A stretch of DNA of 17,332 nucleotides from Spirochaetales bacterium (GCA_016930115.1 JAFGHN010000007.1:1-17332), one strand, 5' to 3'; numbered from the stretch's first letter, positions 1-8,609 are shown. Numbers and translations: made by a program. The notes: generated from the sequence alone by a model not told the origin.

Positions 1-231
1 TCGGTGGGCATCGCCTACACGCTGCAGATTGTCGCCCAGAAATCGGCGCCTCCCGCCCACGCCGCGATTATCATGAGCCTTGAGGGCGTTTTTGCGGTTC
101 TCGGCGGCTATCTGGTGCTTGGTGAAACCTTGTCCGTTCGCGGTTTCGCCGGTTGCGCACTGATGCTTTGCGGCATGATTATCTCTCAGGTCTCCGTGGG
201 TATTCGCGGCAAAGCCGTGCCGGAGGTATAG
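1..231 (+). CDS. DMT/EamA-family transporter, C-terminal fragment (gene starts upstream of window)
   Basis: Open frame from base 1. Hydrophobic TM segments with EamA-like C-terminal pattern (SLEGVFAVLGGYLVLGETLS...ALMLCGMII). No start context in window. Confidence 0.55.
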   Translation, partial: SVGIAYTLQIVAQKSAPPAHAAIIMSLEGVFAVLGGYLVLGETLSVRGFAGCALMLCGMIISQVSVGIRGKAVPEV

Positions 232-284
232 GAGAGCCTTCGCGTGGGTGGCACGGGCCGGGTCAAAAAAAAAGGCGTTACCAC

Positions 285-313
285 TTGACGAATTCCTGAG
301 ATTGTCCTATATT
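285..313 (+). promoter_or_regulatory. sigma70-like promoter: TTGACG (285-290), 17-nt spacer, TATATT (308-313), driving the GntR-ABC operon
   Basis: Near-consensus -35 and a good -10 at canonical 17-bp spacing, about 40 nt upstream of ATG 353. An A9 run lies just upstream (266-274). Confidence 0.45.
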
Positions 314-343
314 CCTATTGTACTAATGATTTAATACAATAGG
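314..343 (+). promoter_or_regulatory. 30-bp near-perfect palindrome CCTATTGTA-N12-TACAATAGG (12/15 arm matches), candidate GntR/YtrA operator over the transcription start
   Basis: Read directly: cctattgtactaatg / atttaatacaatagg are reverse complements with 3 mismatches. Contains the GT..AC cores typical of GntR operators. It sits immediately after the -10 hexamer and 10 nt before the GntR start codon. Confidence 0.5.
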
Positions 344-352
344 ATGTGACAG

Positions 353-760
353 ATGACAACCGACCGGCAAGGCAGCGGTTTGCAGTTCATCCTCGATCCC
401 ACCGGTGGAGTGCCCTACTATCGGCAGATCATCATGCAGATAGAGATGGCGATAGCCGACGGGCGGCTCAGGACCGGCATCCAGCTTCCGACTGTCCGGG
501 CGCTGGCTGTCGACCTTCAAATCAATCCAAACACCGTCGCACGGGCCTATAACGAGCTTGAGATCCGCGGTATCGTCAACACCCAGCAGGGTACCGGCAC
601 TTTTATCAGCGATAAGAAGATAGATCTGACCGACAGTGAACGGAGCGAGGTCCTCGCGGGCCTCGTACGTTCATTCCTGGCTACCGCGTCGTCCTACGGC
701 TTTACCGTTGACCAGATCATGACGTATCTCGACGAGAGAAAGGAGGGGCAAAAGCAATGA
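353..760 (+). CDS. GntR-family transcriptional regulator, YtrA-like subfamily (short C-terminal domain)
   Basis: 135 aa. N-terminal winged HTH with GntR signature (IQLPTVRALAVDLQINPNTVARAYNELEIRGIV). The C-terminal part is only about 60 aa, as in YtrA-type regulators. Stop overlaps the next gene (ATGA). Confidence 0.85.
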   Translation: MTTDRQGSGLQFILDPTGGVPYYRQIIMQIEMAIADGRLRTGIQLPTVRALAVDLQINPNTVARAYNELEIRGIVNTQQGTGTFISDKKIDLTDSERSEVLAGLVRSFLATASSYGFTVDQIMTYLDERKEGQKQ

Positions 761-1920
761 AATCGTTGGATTTCTTTGGCCGGCATGAGGATCGCGAGGA
801 GAAAACCGCGTTCGTACGGCACCGCGGGCACTTCAGGTTCAACACTATTTCTGCTCTCGCGCTGCTTATCTTTATCGCCCTCGGCCTGGGTTTTCAGGGT
901 ATTGTCGCAGACTTCCCGGATGCCGAAACCATCGCGTATATCACGTCCGGAGTGCTGGCGGCGGCGGCATTGCTCTTCATCCTTCCATACTGGCCCCTGG
1001 TCATAGCGATCATTGCTGCGATCTGGGCAGTGCTTCCGGTTGCTCTTGGCGTGGACCTGCAGTTCGCGGCGGTCGTCCTCACCCTTGGATTTCTCATCTC
1101 TCCGGGATTCGAGGTGATAAATCAATGGGACAAGATCGTAGTTCTCCGTCTCGGCCGGTTCCACAAGGTCCGGGGCCCGGGCGTGCTGATGTTGTTTCCT
1201 CTTATCGACTCGGTTGCGGGCTATGTTGATACCCGGATCCGGGTGACCGATTTTTCGGCGGAGAAGAGCCTTACAAAGGATACCGTTCCGGTACATGTGG
1301 ACGCGCTCGCCTTCTGGATGATCTGGGACCCTGAAAAGGCGATCCTGGAAGTCGAGAACTTTGAGCAAGCCGTGGTATTGAGCGCTCAGACGGCCTTGAG
1401 GGCCAGTATCGGCTCCAGCGACCTGGCGACACTGTTGAGTGAACGCGAAAGGCTTGGGGAAGAGATCAGAAAGATCGTCGACGCCAAAACGGATTCCTGG
1501 GGGATAACGATCATCTCCGTGGAGTTCAAAGAGATTCTCATACCAAAAGAGCTCGAGGATGTCCTGAGCAGGCAGGCGCAGGCAGACAGGGAAAAAACCG
1601 CGAGGATCGTCCTCGGCTCGGCAGAGGTCGAAATTGCTGGCGCGTTCAAGAAAGCCGCCGACCAGTACCGTGAAGATCCCGTAGCATTCCAGCTCCGGGC
1701 GATGAGCATGATCTATGAAAGCATCAGAAACAGGGGCGGCATGGTGCTCGTTCCCTCTTCGGCCCTCGAATCGATGAATTTGGGTACCGTGCTCGGTGCG
1801 ACGGCGTATGCAAAAAAATCGCCGTTTGCCGCCGGGGACCTTCAGCCGGAAAATGCGCCCGGAAGCCCGCCGGGAAGCGCTCCGGATAGCACACCGGATA
1901 GCGAGCCGGAATCACTATAG
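757..1920 (+). CDS. SPFH/band-7 (stomatin/slipin-like) membrane protein with about 4 N-terminal TM helices and an acidic Pro/Ser-rich C-terminal tail
   Basis: 387 aa. Residues about 30-115 are very hydrophobic (several TM segments). The central region matches the band-7 fold pattern (VVLRLGRF...VDTRIRV...DALAFWMIWDPEKA...ISVEFKEILIPKE...REKTARIVLGSAEVEIA). The tail is PENAPGSPPGSAPDSTPDSEPESL. Translationally coupled to the GntR gene. Confidence 0.85.
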   Translation: MKSLDFFGRHEDREEKTAFVRHRGHFRFNTISALALLIFIALGLGFQGIVADFPDAETIAYITSGVLAAAALLFILPYWPLVIAIIAAIWAVLPVALGVDLQFAAVVLTLGFLISPGFEVINQWDKIVVLRLGRFHKVRGPGVLMLFPLIDSVAGYVDTRIRVTDFSAEKSLTKDTVPVHVDALAFWMIWDPEKAILEVENFEQAVVLSAQTALRASIGSSDLATLLSERERLGEEIRKIVDAKTDSWGITIISVEFKEILIPKELEDVLSRQAQADREKTARIVLGSAEVEIAGAFKKAADQYREDPVAFQLRAMSMIYESIRNRGGMVLVPSSALESMNLGTVLGATAYAKKSPFAAGDLQPENAPGSPPGSAPDSTPDSEPESL

Positions 1921-1932
1921 CGGGGGACGCCT

Positions 1933-2817
1933 GTGATTGAAGTCAGCAATCTCACTCAAGTATACAGAAGCGGAAAAGGCGTTTTCAACCTCGATTTTTC
2001 GATACCGGAAGGAGAGATATTCGGCTATCTTGGACCCAACGGTGCGGGGAAAACAACCACCATCAGGAATCTTCTGGGATTTGCGAACGCCGACGGCGGG
2101 TATGCGAGGATAAACGGTCTTGATTGCAGAAAGGACGCGGCCAGGCTTCAACCGATGATCGGCTATCTTCCCGGTGAAACCGCGTTCCTCGAAGACATGA
2201 CCGGCGCCGAGTTTCTCAAGTTCATGAGTGACATGCGCGGCACCGGGGATACCGGCAGACGTGATAGCCTCACAGAGAGATTTGCCCTCGATCCAAGGGG
2301 AAAAATCAAGAAAATGTCAAAAGGGATGAAACAGAAACTGGCGATCATCACCGCTTTCATGCATGATCCGGCGGTGTACATCCTCGATGAGCCGACCGCG
2401 GGCCTCGATCCCTTCATGCAGAACGTGTTCCTCGATCTCCTCGAGGAGGAACGGGGGCGCGGGAAGACCGTTATGATGTCCTCCCACATCTTTGAGGAGG
2501 TACAGCGAAGCTGTGACCGCGCGGGTATCATCAGGGAAGGGCGCCTTGTCGCAGTTGAAGACATAGAAGCGCTCAACGATGCGAAATCAAGAACATACGC
2601 GGTGACCTTCGCAGACCCCGCGGACTTAGGAAAGCTCGATGGACTGCAATTCCGCAGAATTTCATCGAACAGGGTCGAGATAACCGTCGGTCATGACTAT
2701 CGAAGTTTTTTCCAGACGCTCGCTCACTGCAGCGTGGTAGGGCTGTACTCGTCGGAGCAGTCTCTCGAAGACGTGTTTATGAAGTACTACGGAAGGAACG
2801 GCGGGACAGATGAATAA
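1933..2817 (+). CDS. ABC transporter ATP-binding protein (ABC-2 / DrrA-like subfamily, with C-terminal DUF4162-like extension)
   Basis: GTG start preceded by GGGGGA RBS. Walker A GPNGAGKTT. Degenerate signature MSKGMKQK. Walker B ILDEPTAGLD. H-loop SSHIF. About 80-aa C-terminal extension typical of ABC-2 ATPases. Confidence 0.9.
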   Translation: MIEVSNLTQVYRSGKGVFNLDFSIPEGEIFGYLGPNGAGKTTTIRNLLGFANADGGYARINGLDCRKDAARLQPMIGYLPGETAFLEDMTGAEFLKFMSDMRGTGDTGRRDSLTERFALDPRGKIKKMSKGMKQKLAIITAFMHDPAVYILDEPTAGLDPFMQNVFLDLLEEERGRGKTVMMSSHIFEEVQRSCDRAGIIREGRLVAVEDIEALNDAKSRTYAVTFADPADLGKLDGLQFRRISSNRVEITVGHDYRSFFQTLAHCSVVGLYSSEQSLEDVFMKYYGRNGGTDE

Positions 2818-3610
2818 GACGTTATTTCTCGTGGATCTGAAAGCGAACTGGCGTGTCATTCTCTTTGTCTCTCTCGTATTCATGATATACGTCTTAACGA
2901 GCGTGCTGATGTATGATCCTGACAGCATCGAAAAACTTGAACAGATGTTCACTCTGTTTCCGGAAGGAATGCTCAAGGCGCTCGGTTTCGATACGCTGGG
3001 GACGGACCTCAACGGGTACGTAGCCCACTACCTGTACGGGTTCATCGCAATCATATTCCCGCTTATCTATATCATTGTCATAGCCAACAAACTCATTGCG
3101 AAACACGTCGACTCGGGTTCCATGGCCTACCTGCTTACCACTCCCGTCACCAGGGTGAAGGTGGCGGTAACGCAGGCGGTGTTCCACGTGTCCGGGCTCA
3201 TTCTGATTTTCCTTATCGATATTGGGGTATTGGTGCTTCTGAGCTCCGCGGTTTTCCCGGGAAGTCTCAAGTTGGCGAGCTTTCTCTCGCTTAACTTCGT
3301 GACCATCATGACGTTGACGGTTGCCGGCGGAATCGGTTTTTTGTTTTCATGCATGTGCAACGACTCACGGAATTCTCTGGCCTTTGGGGCAGGTATCCCG
3401 GTCGCGTTCTTTGTCTTCAAAATGGTCTCCGAGATCGACGCCAAGCTCGAAGGTTTCAAGTATCTGTCGGTGTTTTCGCTGATCGAGATAGATAAGATAT
3501 TGGCGGACCCGGCCTACGGTCTGGGCGTGGGTTTTATCCTTCTTGGTGTGTCGGTGTTGCTTTACGGCGCCGGGGTTATCATCTTCAATAAGAAGAGTCT
3601 TGCGATATGA
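2810..3610 (+). CDS. ABC-2 type transporter permease (6-TM type)
   Basis: 266 aa, 6 predicted hydrophobic helices and no soluble domain. ATG overlaps the upstream ATPase stop by 8 nt. Confidence 0.8.
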   Translation: MNKTLFLVDLKANWRVILFVSLVFMIYVLTSVLMYDPDSIEKLEQMFTLFPEGMLKALGFDTLGTDLNGYVAHYLYGFIAIIFPLIYIIVIANKLIAKHVDSGSMAYLLTTPVTRVKVAVTQAVFHVSGLILIFLIDIGVLVLLSSAVFPGSLKLASFLSLNFVTIMTLTVAGGIGFLFSCMCNDSRNSLAFGAGIPVAFFVFKMVSEIDAKLEGFKYLSVFSLIEIDKILADPAYGLGVGFILLGVSVLLYGAGVIIFNKKSLAI

Positions 3611-3629
3611 ATTACAGGGGGTGTTGGTA

Positions 3630-4484
3630 ATGATCAAGGTTGAAGGGCTCTATCATTCGTATTCACATGACGATAAGTATGCAGTCCGCGATGCCAGTTT
3701 TGAAATAACCCGTGGAGAAGTCTTTGGATTCCTGGGGCCGTCCGGGGCGGGGAAGTCGACGACGCAGGGTGTGCTGACCGGTTTGCTTCAACTGCAGAAA
3801 GGCAATGTCTCCGTGGCGGGGTACGACGTCAAGAAACCGGTTCGCAAGATGTTCAACAAAATCGGTGTTTCTTTCGAGCAATCGAACGTATACGGCAAGC
3901 TTACCGCTCTCGAGAACCTCGAGTTCTACAGGAAGCTCTTTGACGTACCCACCCGGGATGCCATGGAGTTGCTCGAGATAGTGGGCCTCGATCACGTCGC
4001 GAACCAGCGGGCGGCGGAGTTTTCAAAGGGAATGAAGCACCGTCTGACTTTCATCAGAAGCATGATCAATAATCCTGAAATTTGGTTTCTCGATGAACCG
4101 ACGACGGGTCTCGATCCGGCGATTGCGAGCGAGATCAAGGACATCATCAAGCGCGAGAAGGAAAAAGGGACGACCGTGTTCCTTACCACCCACAACATGT
4201 TTGTGGCGGATGAGTTGTGCGATAGGGTCGGCTTTATCATCGACGGCGAGATCAAGCTTATCGATTCACCGAGAAACCTGAAGCTTCAATACGGCGAAAA
4301 GCTCGTGGAGGTGGACTACCGCAAAAACGGCGGTACGGTACGAGAGAAACTTTCCTTCATCGATGAGAGCGACAGGCGGCGGCTCAACGAAATCGTAAAC
4401 ACCGGTGCCATTGAAATGATGCACACAAAAGAAGCGACTCTCGAGGAGATCTTTATCAAGGTTACCGGAAGGGGGCTCGAGTAA
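3630..4484 (+). CDS. second ABC transporter ATP-binding protein (ABC-2 subfamily)
   Basis: ATG 3630 preceded by GGGGG RBS (3616-3620). The ORF-track start at 3543 lies inside the upstream permease and lacks an RBS. Walker A GPSGAGKST. Signature FSKGMKHRL. Walker B FLDEPTTGLD. H-loop TTHNMF. C-terminal extension present. Confidence 0.85.
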   Translation: MIKVEGLYHSYSHDDKYAVRDASFEITRGEVFGFLGPSGAGKSTTQGVLTGLLQLQKGNVSVAGYDVKKPVRKMFNKIGVSFEQSNVYGKLTALENLEFYRKLFDVPTRDAMELLEIVGLDHVANQRAAEFSKGMKHRLTFIRSMINNPEIWFLDEPTTGLDPAIASEIKDIIKREKEKGTTVFLTTHNMFVADELCDRVGFIIDGEIKLIDSPRNLKLQYGEKLVEVDYRKNGGTVREKLSFIDESDRRRLNEIVNTGAIEMMHTKEATLEEIFIKVTGRGLE

Positions 4485-5518
4485 TGAAACTGTTATACAG
4501 CTTTCTGAAAGATATGCGGTTGTCCTTCAAGAGCTTCTATATTTATATCGAGATCGGTTTTGCGCTGATATTCGTCGCGATAATGTTGTTTGTCGTTCCC
4601 GAGAACATCCGGCCGCAGGTCACCGTGTACGCCCATATCGATCTGCCTGAATCGTACCTTTCGGCCGCGGAAGGCGCGCTTTCAAAGGAAGGGTACGATA
4701 TAACGATGCTTTCTTCCCGGGAAGAAGTGGAGTCAGAGATTGCTTCCCACAGAAGCAGCGTCGGGCTCGTGGTTTCGCCGGAGGGCGGCAAGATCGTATA
4801 TGACTATATCCTCCAGGGATACGAAAGCGAGAAGTTCAAGAACGTCATCAAGGCCTCGATCGAAGGCACCTTTGTAAAAATGGCGCCCGGATTCCAGGAT
4901 GTCACCTCGGTGACAACCATCGAGGGCGACATCGAAAAGCTCTCAACGCGTCTGAATATGCTCCCGGTTTTCCTGGGGCTTAACGCGGCTTTTATGGGGC
5001 TTTTCATTATTGCGGCGTACATATTCCTTGATAAGGAAGAAGGCACCATCAAAGCCTTCGCCGTTACACCCGCCAAGGTGTGGCACTACCTGGCGAGCAA
5101 GATGGGTGTGATGCTTGTAACCGGATTGTTGTCCGGGTTGATCGCCACGGTGTTTATAGCGGGCGGGAAGGCGCACTACTTCCATCTGATCATGCTCATC
5201 ATCTCGCTCAACGCTTTCGGATCAGCCCTTGGGCTGTTTATTGCGAGCTTCTTCGATACCATGACAAAAGCCATGGGCTGGCTCTATGTTTCGATCATTA
5301 TTCTAGCTTTTGCGGCGGTGTCGTACTACATGCCGGCGTTCTCGCCCCTGGTTATTCGCATCCTCCCTTCGTATCCGATGCTCTTCGCATTCAGAGAGAC
5401 TCTGCACGAAGTGGTGGACCTCGGGTACGTGTACGCAAACGTGGGCGGATTTGCGGCGGCCGCGGTTGTGTTTTTCCTGCTTTCGAACTACCGGTTTAAG
5501 AAGACGCTGACGGTGTAA
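4484..5518 (+). CDS. ABC-2 family permease (N-terminal TM anchor, about 130-aa extracytoplasmic domain, 5 C-terminal TMs)
   Basis: 344 aa. Topology read from hydrophobicity: TM1 at about 17-37, soluble region about 40-165, then 5 hydrophobic helices. TAATG overlap with the upstream ATPase. Confidence 0.75.
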   Translation: MKLLYSFLKDMRLSFKSFYIYIEIGFALIFVAIMLFVVPENIRPQVTVYAHIDLPESYLSAAEGALSKEGYDITMLSSREEVESEIASHRSSVGLVVSPEGGKIVYDYILQGYESEKFKNVIKASIEGTFVKMAPGFQDVTSVTTIEGDIEKLSTRLNMLPVFLGLNAAFMGLFIIAAYIFLDKEEGTIKAFAVTPAKVWHYLASKMGVMLVTGLLSGLIATVFIAGGKAHYFHLIMLIISLNAFGSALGLFIASFFDTMTKAMGWLYVSIIILAFAAVSYYMPAFSPLVIRILPSYPMLFAFRETLHEVVDLGYVYANVGGFAAAAVVFFLLSNYRFKKTLTV

Positions 5519-5528
5519 GGAGGCTCCC

Positions 5529-6530
5529 ATGTTCAGAAGAATATTTGCGGTTACTTTGCGGGATCTGAAAAGCGGTAGCCGTGATTTCATGATTCCCTAT
5601 ATCCTCGCGGCGCCGTTCCTTCTCGCGCTCATCTTGAAGGCCATCATCCCCGGAGCCGGCTCGGCGACGATAAACATAGCGGTGGACAGATCCGTAAGCG
5701 ATGAAGTCGTTACGTACCTGGAGGGGTACGGCAGAGTTGAAAAGCACGACGGCGTGGCGGATCTGGAAAAAAGAGTAGCGAAGACCGACGACGTATTCGG
5801 GCTCACGAAAACCGCGGAAGGATACGGGATTATCAGACGGGGGGACGAAACGCCCGGGGGGATCGAGATGCTGCAGGCGGTTTTGAATGCCCTGGAGAAT
5901 GGAGACCTCGACCTGCCCGTTGAAGTGCGGCTATCAGATATCGGTTGGAAACTTTCGCCCCTCAAACAGCATGGCGCGAACTTCCTCATCATCTTCTGCT
6001 CGGTATTCGGCGGAATGCTTATCACCTTAAGCCTTGTGGAGGAGAAGATGAGCAACACGCTGTCGGCAATCAACGTGAGCGCTGTCTCAAGGGCAGAGTT
6101 TATCATCGGTAAGAGCATTATCGGTTTCCTTGCGCCGATTCTCGGCGCCTTCGGCGTCATCTGGATCCTGGGATTTGAGGGCATCAACTACGGAATGGTG
6201 GCGCTCTCTTTCGTCAGCGTGGCCCTTATCAGTATCATCATAGGATTCAGCATCGGCAGCGCGAATACCGAACCGATCGGCGCGATTGCGAGCATGAAGA
6301 CCCTCTTCATCCCGGTGTTTGGGTCGATTTTTGGTGGAATATTCCTGGCAGACAAATGGCACCCGTTTCTCTGGTGGTCGCCGTTCTACTGGGCGTACAA
6401 TTCAATGGATTCGATCATGCTCAACGAAGCTTCCTGGGGGAAGGTATTACTGAACAGCGGAATCGTCGTCGTGATCACCGCGCTGGTATTCGCGGCGTTG
6501 AGAAAGAAAATCAGGCATGGCCTGCAGTAA
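5529..6530 (+). CDS. ABC-2 family permease paralogue (same TM1 - extracytoplasmic domain - 5 TM architecture)
   Basis: 333 aa. Strong RBS TAAGGAGG 8 nt upstream. Same architecture as the preceding gene but a divergent sequence. Confidence 0.75.
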   Translation: MFRRIFAVTLRDLKSGSRDFMIPYILAAPFLLALILKAIIPGAGSATINIAVDRSVSDEVVTYLEGYGRVEKHDGVADLEKRVAKTDDVFGLTKTAEGYGIIRRGDETPGGIEMLQAVLNALENGDLDLPVEVRLSDIGWKLSPLKQHGANFLIIFCSVFGGMLITLSLVEEKMSNTLSAINVSAVSRAEFIIGKSIIGFLAPILGAFGVIWILGFEGINYGMVALSFVSVALISIIIGFSIGSANTEPIGAIASMKTLFIPVFGSIFGGIFLADKWHPFLWWSPFYWAYNSMDSIMLNEASWGKVLLNSGIVVVITALVFAALRKKIRHGLQ

Positions 6531-6556
6531 GACACGCATACAAGGAGTGTTGCTGT

Positions 6557-6763
6557 ATGAACGGATTAGCGCTACTCGGTTTACTTCTGATTCTCTACGC
6601 GGTGGTAGTTGTTGTGCTGGCGGTCAAAAAACCAAAGCCGATCTGGGAGATGGGGAAGATACAGATGTTTATCAAGCTCCTTGGTGACAGAGGCACGGTG
6701 ATTTTGTTCTACGTCCTTGCCGCCATCGCACTGGGTTTTGGAATCTGGCTGCTGGTGCGTTGA
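6557..6763 (+). CDS. small hypothetical membrane protein (68 aa, two TM helices), terminal gene of the ABC operon
   Basis: ATG 6557 preceded by AAGGAG (6542-6547). Two hydrophobic helices (LALLGLLLILYAVVVVVLAV and ILFYVLAAIALGFGIWLLV) separated by a basic loop. Nested in the longer track ORF 6356..6763, which overlaps the permease. Confidence 0.45.
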   Translation: MNGLALLGLLLILYAVVVVVLAVKKPKPIWEMGKIQMFIKLLGDRGTVILFYVLAAIALGFGIWLLVR

Positions 6764-6776
6764 GCCGGCGGGCGGA

Positions 6777-6800
6777 CAGGCAGGCAAGCAGGCAGACAGG
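6777..6800. repeat. imperfect tetranucleotide repeat (CAGR)6: CAGGCAGGCAAGCAGGCAGACAGG, in the convergent intergenic region
   Basis: Read directly in the 64-nt gap between the plus-strand small membrane gene and the minus-strand USP gene. Confidence 0.4.
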
Positions 6801-6827
6801 AAATAGGCCTCGGCGTCCGGAAACCGG

Positions 6828-7292
6828 TCAGGAAATCACCGGCGCGCCGGGAACCACCAAAACGGGGCACGGGGCTTTGCGGACGATGCGCCCCGCCGTA
6901 TCACCGAAAAACCAGGTGTTCACGCGGCTCGATCCGCCCCGACCCATGACGATCAGATCGGTGTTTTCACGCTCCGCGGCTTCGAGTATTTTCTGTTCCA
7001 CTTTACCGACCGATGCCTTGAGCGACCATTGGAGATCTTCCGGGATGCGGCTCACGTATTCCTTCGCTATCTTTTCATCGATATCCGTTTTGGCCTTTTT
7101 GTCTATCTCGTCGACTTCATAGATATACGACTTCCAGAATTGGGCGTTGGGCTCGGGAACGACGTGGAAGATGATCAATTCACAGTCCGCGTTTCCGCTG
7201 GCAATATTCAGCGCGTGCAGGAACGCGACGCCCGCGTTTTGCGAAAAATCCGTGCAAAACAGTATTCGATTATAGATATCTCTGTGCGGCAT
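6828..7292 (-). CDS. universal stress protein (UspA family), co-transcribed downstream of the TRAP permease genes (TeaD-like arrangement)
   Basis: 154 aa. USP fold pattern with ATP-binding-type glycine motif (VMGRGGSSRVNTWFFGDTAGRIV). GGGAGG RBS 6 nt upstream. Starts 19 nt after the dctM stop on the same strand. Confidence 0.8.
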   Translation of the reverse strand: MPHRDIYNRILFCTDFSQNAGVAFLHALNIASGNADCELIIFHVVPEPNAQFWKSYIYEVDEIDKKAKTDIDEKIAKEYVSRIPEDLQWSLKASVGKVEQKILEAAERENTDLIVMGRGGSSRVNTWFFGDTAGRIVRKAPCPVLVVPGAPVIS

Positions 7293-7310
7293 GGTACCTC
7301 CCAGCGGCGA

Positions 7311-8609
7311 TTATGTTGCCCCGGAAAAAAGAAGCGTCAGCCCCGGTATAAACACAAGTATGACGGCTGCGAGCACGAGCATAAGAAGGAAAGGCAGAGC
7401 GCCCTTGAAGATCGATTGAAGCGGGATGTCGCGCTCTATCCCGCTGACGACATAGACATTGACGCCCACCGGCGGCGTGATAACCCCCATCTGGGTGATA
7501 ATCACCACTATGACGCCGAACCAGATGGGATTAAAGCCAAGCTGCACGATAACCGGATAGAAGATTGGTATGGTGAGCAGAACGAGCGCCAGTGCGTCGA
7601 TAAAGCAGCCGGCGAGGAGGAAGAACAGGATGACAAGGAACATCACCGCCCAGCCCGGAAGCGGCAGATTGGTGAACCAGTTTGCGAGGGCGAAGGGTAT
7701 TTGCGACACCGCAAGGAACCTGCCGAACACCACCGCCGCCGCAACGATGAAAAAAACCATGCTGGAAGTACGCACCGTCTCGAAGAGAACCTTCTTGAGC
7801 ATCTGCAGATTCAGTTTGCCTTTGACCGCCGCCACAAGCAGGCTACCCGCCGCGCCTACGGCCGCCGCTTCTATCGGTGTGAACAGGCCGATGAACATAC
7901 CGCCGATTACAACCACAAAGAGCGCAACCGTTTCAATGACGTTGACCAGTGACTTTAACCGGATTTTCCAGCTCGTTTTGGGGCCCGGCGGTCCAAGTTT
8001 CTTGTTCAGGGAGCACCGGACAAATATCGAACAGCAGAACAAAAACGAGATCAGTATACCCGGGACGATGCCCGCCAGGAACAATTCACCGATCGATTGC
8101 TCGGTCATGAGCGCGTAGACGATAAATACAACGCTGGGAGGGATGAGCATTCCCAGCCCGCCGCCTGCCGCAACGGTCCCGCCGGCCAACTCGTCTGAAT
8201 AGCCGTAGCGACGCATTTCAGGAAGTGCGACGGAGGCCATGGTCGCGGCGGTAGCCGGCCCTGAACCGCAAATGGCGCCAAAACCGGCGCACGCTCCCAC
8301 CGTCGCCATCGCGAGCCCTCCCGGCAGATGTCCGATCCAATTGTACGCCGCCTGAAAGAGGCGCCTGCTGATACCGGCGTGAAACGCCACCTGACCCATG
8401 AAGACAAACAGCGGGATAACCGTCAGGCTGTACGAAGAGAAGGTGTCATAAAGGTCGGCCACCACCATGCTCAACGCGGCGGACGGCGTTACGATCATTG
8501 CAAAACCGGCAAGCCCGGCCGCTATCAAGGCGAACGCAACGGGCATGCTGGTGAAAAGAAGAACAATCAGAATGCCGCAACCCAATATGCCGATCTGGAG
8601 AGGTGTCAT
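7311..8609 (-). CDS. dctM: TRAP transporter large permease subunit (DctM family)
   Basis: 432 aa, about 12 TM helices, typical DctM N-terminus (MTPLQIGILG...). Start overlaps the dctQ stop (ATGA). Confidence 0.9.
   Translation of the reverse strand: MTPLQIGILGCGILIVLLFTSMPVAFALIAAGLAGFAMIVTPSAALSMVVADLYDTFSSYSLTVIPLFVFMGQVAFHAGISRRLFQAAYNWIGHLPGGLAMATVGACAGFGAICGSGPATAATMASVALPEMRRYGYSDELAGGTVAAGGGLGMLIPPSVVFIVYALMTEQSIGELFLAGIVPGILISFLFCCSIFVRCSLNKKLGPPGPKTSWKIRLKSLVNVIETVALFVVVIGGMFIGLFTPIEAAAVGAAGSLLVAAVKGKLNLQMLKKVLFETVRTSSMVFFIVAAAVVFGRFLAVSQIPFALANWFTNLPLPGWAVMFLVILFFLLAGCFIDALALVLLTIPIFYPVIVQLGFNPIWFGVIVVIITQMGVITPPVGVNVYVVSGIERDIPLQSIFKGALPFLLMLVLAAVILVFIPGLTLLFSGAT

Noticed and set aside
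261-280. A9 run after the transporter fragment considered as an intrinsic terminator
   Set aside because: The preceding sequence forms no convincing stem. On the plus strand the run is A rather than T, so it does not fit a terminator for the upstream plus-strand gene.
694-1368. 224-aa minus-strand ORF antisense to the SPFH gene
   Set aside because: It lies entirely inside a well-supported plus-strand CDS. It is Arg/His/Asp-rich and low-complexity, typical of a spurious antisense frame in GC-rich DNA, and has no RBS.
1843-1917. Short direct nucleotide repeats at the 3' end of the SPFH gene considered as a possible frameshift-prone or pseudogene region
   Set aside because: The frame stays open and encodes a coherent Pro/Ser/Asp-rich tail ending at a normal stop 12 nt before the next gene's RBS. 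No evidence of disruption.
3543-3629. Upstream extension of the second ABC ATPase ORF
   Set aside because: It lies inside the preceding permease gene and lacks an RBS. ATG 3630 has a GGGGG Shine-Dalgarno and gives a normal distance to the Walker A motif.
5597-6187. 196-aa minus-strand ORF inside the third permease gene
   Set aside because: Antisense to a CDS with RBS and clear TM topology. It is Ser/Pro/Arg-rich with no domain pattern.
7029-7952. 307-aa plus-strand ORF (His/Arg/Asp-rich) overlapping usp and dctM on the opposite strand
   Set aside because: It is antisense to two strongly supported genes. Its composition (HRRR, EEEE runs) is characteristic of a non-coding frame. No start context.
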